From Perkinsus chesapeaki ATCC PRA-425 (taxonomy: Eukaryota; Protista; Perkinsozoa), in assembly GCA_013115145.1 (NCBI GenBank), contig JAAPAO010000116.1, positions 7,823-71,822 of the forward strand: a DNA stretch of 64,000 nucleotides, in the 5' to 3' direction. The notes under the pieces were generated by a model. That model searched no databases, was not told the DNA's origin, and was given only the letters and a program-made list of their open reading frames with translations. Shown piece by piece: positions 24,466 to 36,228 of the stretch. Every line of letters begins with the position of its first letter. Positions within the stretch are counted from its first letter, which is position 1. Both the position numbers and the translations under genes were made by a program.

Positions 24466-26119
24466 ATGTCCCCCGCGTCTCTGCCACCGCTACCTGACAT
24501 CACCTTACCGGAGCACGCCTTCGATGTTCGATTTCATCCAGCTGAGCAACTTGTAGCTTCGGCGACAATTTCAGGCGACATTCTTTTCCACACGTGGGTG
24601 CACGCATCAACCTAAGATTCTTCTCAAGTCCGCAGATACGATCAAGATTCCCGCGAGGTCGAAAAGGTGGGGCACTTCCACACTCATCGACAAAGCTGTC
24701 GAACAGTTCGATGGCAGCCAGTGCGAGGCGACTGGATAATGACAGGATCGGCGGATGGAACGTAATAGTTTGCTCTACCAACTTTCGCCTTGTTAAAGAT
24801 ACTGCATTAAACAAGTAAACAATGATTATAAGGTGGATATGATTGCCCGACGGCCAAGTGTGAAAATGGGCAGATGATCCACTGGAAGTCGGGGACCGAT
24901 TCTCCGCTGCTGAATTTTAATTTAATCAGTTTTAGTGGCCAAAAAAGTCCTTCTCGCCCTCACCGTGTTTCTGGCCCCTCAGAGTAGCGCAGAACGATCG
25001 ATCCGGTCAGCGACTTTGGCAGTCCTCGAAGATGGACGCTGGCGTCTCTACCTTCGAAGTAGTCAACGAAACAGGCTTAGCTGTTGCAGGATCGGACGAG
25101 GGTCAGATTGTAGGTTTTGATCCGAGAATAAAGGGGAAGAATAGTAATAAAGTGGTCGGGGAAATTACCGAGCCTACGGGCTTCCCAAGTTCATGTCTTC
25201 TGAGATATCGTCTTCGCGGGGCCTTTGTGAAATTGCGATTTAGACGTCTCGCGAGTAGCGTGTCTTGATGGATGAATACCTATACTGGCACTGTGTGTGA
25301 GTCTATTCTTATTCTACTCTTCCGTGTGATCGGTCTTGGCCTGGCTTTCCGAATTCGCTTCTTCTAGGCGCGGTGGTGAAGTTCGGCGATGAGGATCGCC
25401 AAGAGGACTTCATCACTCAGTTGCTTGTCGAGAATGACGGGAAGTCGTTGCTGTCCACTTGCGGTGATGCAACCCTCGCCTGCTACGACTTAAGATTCAA
25501 CAAGCATAAGTTGAAGGCTATGAGCGACTCCCAGGAGAGCGAGCTCCTGTCGATGTGCATTGTGAAAGAAGGCAAGAAACTGCTCACTGGTGACCAAAAC
25601 GGAGTAGTGGGCATCTGGAACTATGACTTCTGGGGTGATGTGCGGGACAGAATCACCCACATGCAGAATGTGACGTCGATCGACAATATGATTGCTTTGG
25701 ACGACTCGACGGTTATTTGTGGGGGAGGTGACGGATACGTTCGCGTTTTCACGGTTTTCCCGAACGCTGTCCGTGGGGTTCTGGGAGGGCATACGGAGGC
25801 TAGCACGGGCAAGGTGATGGCCGCAGAGATTGAGGGCATGCATGCTGACCTCGATGAAGGATTGGTGGCGACGGTCGGACAGGATTACCGTGTGAAGTTT
25901 TGGAAGGTCGAGGATGCTCTAAGAATGGCGAGAGGCGAGGGGAAGGAGTCTGACAGTGAATCGGATGAGGAGGAAGGACCGAAGGAAAAGCTGACGAAGG
26001 CAAAACGACAGAAACTTAAACGAAAGGCGGCTCAGGTCGGCAAGTTGAAAAACACGGCGAGCGTCAACGCGAAAAAGGCGAACACGAAGGCCTTCTTCCG
26101 CGACCTTGACGACCTTTAA
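24466..26119 (+). CDS. WDR55: WD40-repeat protein WDR55/Jip5 family, spliced
   Basis: N-terminal exon PDITLPEHAFDVRFHPAEQLVASATISGDI, HTHRQSCRTVRW, QEDFITQL, SDSQESELLSM, GIWNYDFWGD. Acidic then basic C-terminal tail. Confidence 0.8.
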
Positions 26120-26449
26120 CGTTCTCTACGTACTTTATACTGGAAGTGTTTGGTTACTCAATTTTAAGGGAGTTACGACCGCAGTTGTTGTTTGGGCAGC
26201 GATGACGTCGTTTAGTCCAGCGGGTGCCTCAGGGGTGACAGAAGGGGTGAAAGAATTCAGAGAACCGAGAATGATCTTGTCTTTGCGCAGGCCGTTCTCA
26301 TACCTCAACCCAGTGCTCGAGATATTGTCAACCAGTCTATAATATTGCGGAGATCAATATCTCATACGGGCTTACCACCGGGAACGTTCGGTGAGATACC
26401 GTGGAGTGTCGCAGGACGGCAGCGATAACGGTTTGAGGATAGGTCCGAA

Positions 26450-27430
26450 AATGGCGCAACGTCGAGTGACGGAACACAAGGAGACAGAAAGTAGACCATA
26501 TCGTTCACGCAAAAGTAGGCGATTTTCGAAAGATCTCGGATCGATAGTCCGAGCTCAGGCTTGTCCAAGGACCCCCACAGCGGAGCTGTTGATCACTTAC
26601 TGTATCTTATCGAACCACCAGTAACCGCGCGCAGTGTCGAGGAGTTCAGGCTGCAGTTTGGTGTGTTACTTGACACATTAAGGGAGCTGGAGGTAAGAGT
26701 CATCGAGGGAATGCTGGAGAATTGAGTTCAGATGAGAGACGAGGATAGATCGCAGGCTCTGCGGGAATGTAACCGATTGAAAGCTCGATTGAAGGGGGAG
26801 ACGCTTTATAGGAAGGAGCTTGGCGCGGCACGGGAAGGCTTATGTGAAGAGGTGCAGTCACTGCAGGATGACGATCTTAGTGACGACCTGGCTGCAGTTG
26901 AGAAATCGACATGAACTCCTGAACAGTCGGTTGAGGAGTTTAGAGAAGGTGGAAGATGCCATACAGTCCGCAACAGAGTCGAACGAGAGGCTTCGGGAAA
27001 GTATACGGAAGACCGATGCCGAGATCGGAAAGACGCAGAAAATCGTAACTGCCAAGCTGACGCTGGCGTCGTCGAGGTTTCCTGGCAGGATGAAAGTTAT
27101 CGCCGCCGAGCAGCCGAACTGTATAAGGAGATAAAGAGGCTGGTCGATAATGGGGATAGCGACGTCGCTTCAGCAAGCGGCGTCACGTCACGCTCAATGT
27201 GAGTTCACCAAATTTTGTCTTGTTATTCCTCGAGCACTGCTGTTCATCATGTGGCGAGTATCTGGTGCAGGTCCTCTGAGAAGAGTTCAGAGCCTCCCCG
27301 AATGAGCATCATCTCTAATATGCTTCTAGACGCCGATGGTGACTCAACTGACGGCCAGTCGTCCGATTATTCGGCGAGTGAAATCTCATTAGAGCTGGCG
27401 CCTCGTAAAGTGGAAGTCGTAAACTTGTAG
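26450..27430 (+). CDS. Hypothetical coiled-coil protein, spliced; 5' end uncertain
   Basis: Exons join in frame through short GT-AG introns: ...LDTLRELE|MRDEDRSQALREC...REGL|LTTWLQLRNRHELLNSRLRSLEKVED. Heptad-like E/K/R/L content. Confidence 0.5.
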
Positions 27431-28449
27431 AACAGCAAGAAAGCAGTTGCGCTTTTCTGACCTTAATTGGTATCTTTTACTCCGAGGCTTACGCCTTGAT
27501 ACCTTGTCGCTCCGTCATGTCGTCCATTCAACATGACATTTGTTGTCTTTTTTATTCTGTCCCGCTTTGTGTTATTGCAGTAGTGGAGCTGGTATGTTCG
27601 GCTAGGCCAACTATTCCTACCGGTGCCCCATGGTTTGCGCTGTGATCGCCACACAATTAAAACCGTGTAATGTTCTCAGAGGAGCTAATCAGTATTGTCG
27701 ACCATGCTTGATCGAATGATCTATGTTAAGGCCTTCCATCGCCGATCTGTACGTTTGGTCGGCAGGGTTTACGCTGTGAAGTTGATGCTTCGGAACTCCA
27801 ACGATTAGCTACGGCTTAATAAGCTATAGTGCTCTCGTTACCAAATACCCCTCACGAACCCAAAGTCTGAAAAGCGGTCTATTTCGCCACAAACTCGAGC
27901 CAAGCTCGTTGGTAATGTGATCGACGCGACTACCCACCGAGACTCGGTGGGTAGTTGCATTGCAAATGCAGATCTAGCACGATCTAGCTTACACAGACAT
28001 TTATCTGGCAACACGAGTGGACGAATGAGGGATCGACTCCGGCTCGAGCTGTACTTACAAGCACTCGGGCTTACCAAATAACAAGTGAGACCACCTAGTG
28101 AGACGTATATCGAATTAAATTCGTATTCGCACATTTCTGACAGCGCATCGATCACATTCACCTCGGTCTAAAGAGCTTAATATTGTCACCAGTGCTTAAG
28201 AAGCCACTTTTGGTTGCCTCCGTAATGTGAATGACTTCCACGCTCCATGAAGAAGCTACTTAAAGGGGACTCTCTAAATCTGTTTGAGACCAGTCTGTGT
28301 GTAGGGTTCCCATAATAGGGACGTAAACGGTACGCAACTCTAATCTATTCAACAATACTATAACACAGGGAACATCATATAGCATGCTTAGACCACAACA
28401 GAATGGTCAACAAGCTCAGAATGATTGACTAAGTTGATAAAAAAGATCG

Positions 28450-29943
28450 TCAGTCTTCAAAGGCACCTTGACAAAAAAAGGAGCGAACAAGTGTGTCTCT
28501 GATCTTCCTTCTCCTCAGCCACGATCGTATAGGCTTGAACTGGGCTGAAATAGAGAAAGTGTGACATATTATAGTACAGGGTAATAACAACAGTCTGATC
28601 GTTATCATCCAAGCCCATATGAGGAGACACGCGATTGCCGGCTTACAGCACTTTATGACCGGCAGCTCTATGTCAGGTCCGTCTGGAAGGTGAGCACGGA
28701 AGCTTCTCATGGCAACGTTTTCGAAGTTAGCAGCGAAATGTTCGTCTTTCAAGTTGAGAATGACTTTTACGTCATTAATAACACTATCTTTCACGTCGTC
28801 CACCACACTCGCTCTATATTCAGACGACTTGTACATAAAGGAAACACAAGCGTCTCTCAGTTGTTTGATAGTAATCTTCTCCTCGGTGAAGTCCGCGACA
28901 TGTTCGCGGTTTCTAGCTTCAATATCGTACAAAGCAGTAGCGTTGAAGTTCCAGCTATATGGGTCTGAATCTTCTCTGAAAGAGCGGAGGAACCAATAAA
29001 ATCGGTCTATCGGTGAGAGTCTAAACATGCCGACTCTTTCTTACCGATTTTGCCAACTCCTCCAGTAGGACTTAAATTCCATAGAAGATATCCTGAGACC
29101 TTCTGAAGGATATCTCATCGCCAAGTTGACTCTATACCGTGCTGCTTCCTGAGAGTTTATGAAGAATATCCAGTGATGGTCGTTCCAACAACAGCGGTGT
29201 TACGGGAAGCCACGTGGGCCGCTTGGCAATGGTAACTTACAATCTATGATACTTACTTCTGTCCTATGCACTCTTAGTGGGCCACCGTTGTTCACCATAA
29301 AGAGAGAGTCATTCGAGGTAGCTTCAAATGAGCAACCATAGCTTCGTCTTTCGGTTTCGTCAACTCTCTTCGCGAACATTCCAAAGCTTGCATTAAATGC
29401 CAATTTTTTCCAATTCAGTGCCTATTTGTGTCACAGGTAAGACGCGGATGCCTCGCAGAGCATCTCTGTTCGTCAGTACTAGTTGATGATACTGCAGATT
29501 CTCTTCGAGTGCCAGACTAATGAGATTACGAGACTTTAAAATGCACCAGTTGATTTCGACGGAATCAAAACGCTTAGGAAAATCGAGCATCAGCAGCTCA
29601 CCTGGTATTATATGTTAGGCGACTTATGTCCGTATAGGTCGGCTGATTCGACTTACTAATTGTGTAACCAAACGTGATCTGAAGAACCAAGCTGCATGGC
29701 TCGTCGGCCGCCATCAGTTTTCGTATCCTAGCCTTACCTTGTCAAAGCCAAAACGATCTATATTCTCGTACTCGTGCGTTCTGCGTTCAGGTAACTACGA
29801 GCAAGATGTAATCGTTCTACTCAGCGAAGATCGGGAAATGACACCTCCGAGTCTTCAAGTGGACTTGCAGAGATTCTCTCGCCTGTATAAGTTGAGATGA
29901 TCAGACAGATACTTACAGATCGGGGAAGCGAATGATAGAGCAT
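28450..29943 (-). pseudogene. Orphan secreted-type family gene, copy X (in-frame TGA and +1 frameshift)
   Basis: Homologous to 33816-35100 (shared blocks RDALR.I.V.P, E.ER.SYGCSF, SSMEFKSYW, NF.TAL..IE.RNR..VA.FTEE). TGA at 29821-29823 and an extra base in the T6 run at 29404-29409. Confidence 0.6.
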
Positions 29944-32900
29944 GATAGCGGAGCTAAAATCTAGATTGAGTCTTGCGTAGACACGGGTCTTTTCACTACT
30001 CATGGCGCGAGTTATCCCCATTGCTCTGTACACAGTAAAGACAATTAAGAGAAAGATACAAAGAGATACTTCCCGGAAGGGCGTGAACGCTATGGCAAAT
30101 TCAACAACTCTTGTTTGAACTTCGTATTTGCTGGATGGTGATTCGACTTAAAAAGGTGCACAGTAGATACGCGACGTAGACCTGCGGACGGACCAACGCA
30201 GCAAACAGGTGTCCATATAAGAACCAACTTATGAGGCTCATCCTCTCAATGATACTAGTTCCTAATATTATAGCTCACAGTGCTCCGCAACAACTGCACG
30301 ATCTCCTCTGTGTCTCGTGTCTTCAGTCACTAAATTGGCCCGCCGACTGTCCGTCTCGTCTCCCAAGAACGAGACTTGACAAATGAAGGACTTGTTGGTT
30401 CTGATCCCGATGGCCAATGACACGGGTGCATCGGCAAAGTGTAACAAGTCAGCCTTATAAGAATCCTCTCCCACATCAGAGTGTTTGACAATTCACCTTA
30501 GATACAGTAGAATCTACTGGGTAGATAGCTAGAACAATGTCGCACAGGGCTGTACCGTCGAGGCTCCAGCGAATGTATGTTGTCTCGGGAGGCGGAGTCG
30601 ATTGAATCGGCCGAACGGTTAGGCCCTAACCGTTAGGGTCTAACCGATCCTTTGCCTTTCTCACCGATCTTCGTCATTCCTCCTGTAGGAATTGAGTTCC
30701 ATAAAAGATCCCCCGAGTCTGAGACATTCTCATCGTAAATTTGATTCTACACCTTGCTACGACTCCCTGAAAGTTGAAGAAAAGATATCCAGTGATTACC
30801 AATTGGTAGGTTGAGTGAGAAGTAACGGTCAATCTTTTAAACGAAAGTTACAAAAGGACTACCATATTTCCTTGAAAGACCCATCATTCGGCCGTTCTCT
30901 AGTGAGAACTCTGAACTCGATGAGACGGGAAACAAAGGGTTCAGATGGATGCTCCTAAACTCAATTTTTGTTTATCTTAAAACTAAATTCGTTAAGGCTT
31001 TCTTTATCCCTCTCCCGTCTAAATAGCCAATTTTGAATAGAAGACACGTAACGAACGTCTTGCAGTAAGGCTCTTACTCCCTATTTCTCTCGTCTGTGTA
31101 GGCGAGTATCACTTACACCGTGTTAGTACAAGCCTCAGGAAAAGTTATTGAGGTGTAGGTTCTACACTGTAGACACGGAACAGCGGGGAGACTGAGGAAT
31201 CGCTGAGTACTCCAAGTTGAAGTCCTAAGCGTGTCCAGAATGCATACTTTTAGTCAGAGGGAAGTTCGCGTGAGATGCGTGGAGTCTTTACACCTTCCAG
31301 CTCTACTTGCATTAGGGCCAAGACATGAAAAATGTGTCTTGAACAACTCCTGTGCGGACAGCTTTCTGAGGCGCTACGAAGAGGAGTTGCTGGCGCCAAG
31401 TGGCAACTCGCATATGATTGCGCTTCAGGTCACATCCAACGTTGCCCTACACCTTTTCCCATGCAATGTTATACGGCAGAAATAAACACCATGAATTTGA
31501 TGCGCAAGTTTGATAATGTTATACAGTACGCATTGTAAACTACGCAAGAACGTCAACGTGCTACAGTGTAGCAGCTACACGAATGTAACTTCGCCGGAGT
31601 TGAATTCAGGTGAGGCACCACGCTGCAATGGTACGTTCAAGTTTGACACCTCCAGATTCTGGAGTCCAGAAGCAACTCTCATCAACTTTCTACATTGAAG
31701 AGTAAATATGTACAGTATGCAGAATACAGTAAACTTGAGTGTGTCTATACGAGCTCAAGTTTGTGCTGGAGAATCGGGCTCCAGTATTATGCGTTGCTAA
31801 CTCAGTTAGCCAAACTACGGCCTTCCTTGTGGTAGCCCACAGTGGATCACGCTACATGCTTTACCATCGAGAGTCCGAGCATTTACTCAAGTATTCGAGG
31901 GAGCTTGCTTTCGCTCAAGACTTGTTTCTTGGCATTCGCTCAAGGCTATTGTTACTCATTGTACCGTGCTTGTACACGCGTATGCAGCTCTTCACCTTGC
32001 GAGTACTTGATCAAAATAGAAACAGTCCTCTCCGGCTTTTCTTTGAGTATATGAATATGGCTTGGCTAGACTATCCATTCCCCATTGGCTGTCCTCTCGC
32101 CTTGGGCCTGCTGTTACTTACGAAGCGTGCGCGTAGTGGCCCGAAGGTCGCTTGAAGACTTCTCATGTTGTTGCTACTAAAGCTGGTTATTGTAGTTCTT
32201 CAGAGATGAACGACAGGTTGAGATGTTGTCTTTTTCAGTCATTCAATTTCCACCCTTCGACTACGCTCTTCACTTCATCATCTACCTTATGATCAATAGT
32301 CTTATCTACTTCGGTGCGGGTGAGCTTCTAAGACATCCCGAGTATGATAACACTCCTGGCATTCGTGCACTTACCCACAGGAGTGACTGTGAGTTCTGTG
32401 CGGCCTGTCTTGGAGGCGCGGCTGCAGACCCTTTTCTATATGTGCCTTGCTTCTCAATTTTCGGAAAGTGTACCGTAAGATGTACAGATTGCTGTTCATC
32501 ATAAGGACGGCATCTATCTCTATCAAAGAGTATCCCTTCTTCACTCATTATAGTTCGTTTAGTCGTATGCTTAGTACAATGATGCTGCTGCTAGCATAGT
32601 AAGCCTAAGCTTGAGCCGTTACGAAGCACAGAGTGTTTATCGACCTTGCTAGAGCTTACACGGGTCTGGCGTCTCTAACAATGAAAGCGCATGAAGAGAT
32701 TGCTACAAATCTTACCTGTCCTTGATGTCCCTCTTCTTGATCATTCTCAGATTTCACGACATTTCTTCTCTGACTCATTTTTGCGTTAGTAACGCAGCAT
32801 TGCACTACCATCCATATATCCCATAGAAGACTAATTCTCCCCTATCAAGGCTCGCATTGACAATAGTGCATGCTGTGATTGGGATGTCTCGGTATCTTGG

Positions 32901-33815
32901 TAAAAAATTGGGATGGGCCACAGAGCACGATACAGCCAGCATCAATAGCTCTCAGCGTCGGGCGATAAGCTTTCAAGACTTTTGCAGCTTCAGGTGGCCG
33001 AAGAACAGTTCTTCCCAGCGATTTCAAACTTCAAAGCAACTTCATCATGAGGATTGGATTTACTAGCTAATTAGATAACTAGTAACTACTAACTAATAAC
33101 TAGTTAACAAGGCCTGCGGCGGCACACTGCACTTTAATACACGTGACTTGTAATCGTAAAAAAACAAATTGTAATTGTAAACAGTACGACCAGTAAAGCC
33201 AGTGGAACACCGGTTTAATCTAGTTGCTTTTCAGCTTTGCATTTGCATGATAGAAATAAATGCACCAACGTTATGCTGTAGCGTAGGTGAATTATAACGG
33301 TTTTATATTGTGCATGCTATGCGACGTAATGTATCGTGCGTAATGCTCATACTTCTCGGCCCGAGGAGCTCAAGTTAGTAGTATTGCCGGTCGAAGCAGG
33401 ACCGTCGAAAATTGTGTCGGGTGAATATCTACATGTCTGAGCCAGTTTCTACATATTGGCCGCCGCCGCAACTTGACTCTCAACTCAATGACATTTCCGC
33501 TCTCTTGCCGAGGAATTAAGATGGGCAAATCCACAAAGGGCGGGTTAAGTTGGTTCAGTTTCGCAATTCGAAATTTCTTCTTAATTGCTCCATTTAGGCG
33601 ATTAAGATAGAATTTGGTCGCCCCATTGAGTTCACTCCAACATTCTCGAATTCAAGTTGCGGACAATAGCGTTGATCAGGAATAAAAGTAACCAACACTG
33701 ACTGAATATTACTTAGCACAACCATGGTATTTAACGTTTGGTGAACATCGTATAACATGGGTAAAGGTAATTAATAAATTTGATATAAAGTGATGGCTGA
33801 TGCTGTTGTTCCTCC

Positions 33816-35100
33816 TCACTGCCTCTTGTTCGATCTAGACCACTTTTTAAACATATCCAGTACTGGCACTTCATTGTCAGGTTCGTTCGGCAGATGTGCA
33901 TGAAAAGTCTTCATCGCAGATTTCACAGTCACAGGGAGGATAGACTTGGATTCCAGATCAAGAACAGCTTCTATATCTTCAAGTATGCTATCTCGAACGA
34001 CCGTAGCCCTATTGAGCCCCAAAGATGAAGAATATATGAAGGAAAGACACGCCTTCCTCAACTGCTCGAGGGTGATACTTTCTTCTGTGAAATTCGCAAC
34101 ACACTGGCGGTTTCTTTTCTCAATTTCGTGCAGGGCTGTTTTGTTGAAGTTACTGTGATACCACCTTGCATTACGGCTGAGACAGCAGGATTGATCGAAC
34201 CACTCAAGTTACATATTCTCTCACCGTTGTTCGAACCTATCCCAGTACGATTTGAATTCCATGGAAGATATTGTGAGGCCTTCTGGAGGGTGCGTCATCG
34301 TCAAATTGATTTTATACTGTGCCATGACTTTCTGAGGATCACACCACGAACACTAGGATATCTCAAGTCTGACAACAGCGCTGCAACGGGAAGCCAGGCG
34401 ACCATTTCCTTGCCATCAACTTACGGTCACTGGCAAACATCCTTTTATACTTACTCTTGTATGTATAAAGCGTGGGCCGCCGAATAAGCCGTCGAAGCGC
34501 ATAAGTTCTTGTCTGAGTTCAGCTGTAAAGGAGCACCCATAGCTTTGTCTTTCCTTTTCATTCACTTTATTAGTAAATGTATCAGTAGACGCTCTCATTG
34601 TCGACGTTTCCGATGGCTTCCCTGTCGGAGTCAGCGGCACAACAGGAATGTCCCGCAGCGCATCCCTATTCACCAGGACTAGTTGATGATAATGCAGCTT
34701 CTCCTTTGATGCGGATCTGATTTAATATTCCACAGGCTCTCAAGACAGATGGGAAAACGAGCTCGAATCGACTACCTGTTATAGATCCTAATTCGATCCA
34801 TGTCCGTATAGGTGCGTTTGTCTGCAATAACTTGATAACCGAATGTAGCCTACCAAATAATAAATACAAGCAGTTCACTAGATGCCATTCGTACCGTCTC
34901 GAAGGTAGAATCAGTATCATACTTGTACCCATACGTTCTACGTTCAAGTGTCTGACAAGAGCCAATTGCTTTACAACGTATTGATGGGAAGTTGGCACCT
35001 CCGAGCTTTCAGATGGACTTGCAGACATAACTTTGCTTGTGTGAGATGATATTATTATCAGACAGATGATGCTTACAGGTTGAAGATACGAAGTAAACAT
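33816..35100 (-). pseudogene. Orphan secreted-type family gene, copy Y (frameshift/deletion near 34700)
   Basis: Paralogue of copy X with a hydrophobic N-terminus MFTSYLQPVSIICLIIISS. The reading frame changes between FPSVLRACG and YHQLVLVNRDAL. Confidence 0.6.
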
Positions 35101-36228
35101 GATAGCCCCAAAGAAACTATACGGAATCTTCCGGGTGGACAAAAACCAGTATGATGGGTTATCTATCACTCCCTGTCTGGAATTACAACCATTTTGAGAC
35201 CCGGTCTTAAGATGGTTGTAACTGTAATACTGGTGACTGTAATGGTGCAGTGTTCTTATATGTACTCAACAGTGTGGATAGCGTGAAGTAGGTAAATGTA
35301 TAGAACACTTACAGGCCAGATGAAGAGATAGAACAAATATCCCGCGGGGAGCAATAGCTAAGCTAAGGTTCCGCGATGTTTACGGGACAACTATTGTAAC
35401 AAATGCCTAACTGTTAATGCAGTCTATATTATGGACAGTGCAACGGTCCATGATATTTCCGTAAACGCTTGAGAAGTTCATTCATATTGCCGTATGATAA
35501 TTAACGCTTGTCTACAAAGCTTAATTGCACTTAGACCCCATCAGGGGGGAAGCCTGGTAATCATATTGTTAAATGACGGAGAACAGACAGCTAGAAGGAG
35601 TAGTTCAGGCTTAATCAACGAGACAGTGGGGTCGTTCAATAAACCAATTTTGGATTCCAGAACTGCTTTTTACTCATAGAATGTGATGATAGAATCGATT
35701 CCGAATCCCAGAAGTGATTTAATGAACATGAAGAGTATATTCAAAATACCCCTCAAGCATCCGAGGAAAATATTTCACGGCAAGCGAGGAAACTATAGAT
35801 GCAGAGTCGGAATGAGTCTCATAAGCTCGACAGATTGACACTTGTTTGGTAAAAGCGGCCGTGTTTGTAGTATAAACCAAGCCCCCTGTGGGCTTACACA
35901 CATTGGGACCAGCCCCACATCAACCCGACCGAGTGTCCTCAGAAAGGAGAGCAAATGATATCATCGGCTTTCGAAAATCAGTACGAAGGCGTTCAATTAT
36001 TTGCCTGTTTGTCAAGGAAAGTGTTGATCCGCACGAACCATTCTGGCCTCGCCCGAAAAAATAGCTAATCGATAGTTTAGCCATGACAGAACCTACCGAA
36101 AAAGCGAACAATCAAACCGCCCAGGTTCGATTCCCAGTCGCGTACTTTTTAATGTTATAACATCTATTGAACGCAACTGTTGTGTTAAAGTACTAAATGC
36201 ATAATAATAGTTTCTCTTTCATTTCCTA

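Noticed and set aside
35880-36110. Possible snRNA, RNase P/MRP or 7SL gene upstream of midasin
   Set aside because: The conserved signature sequences of U1, U2, U4, U5, 7SL and P/MRP were not found by eye on either strand.
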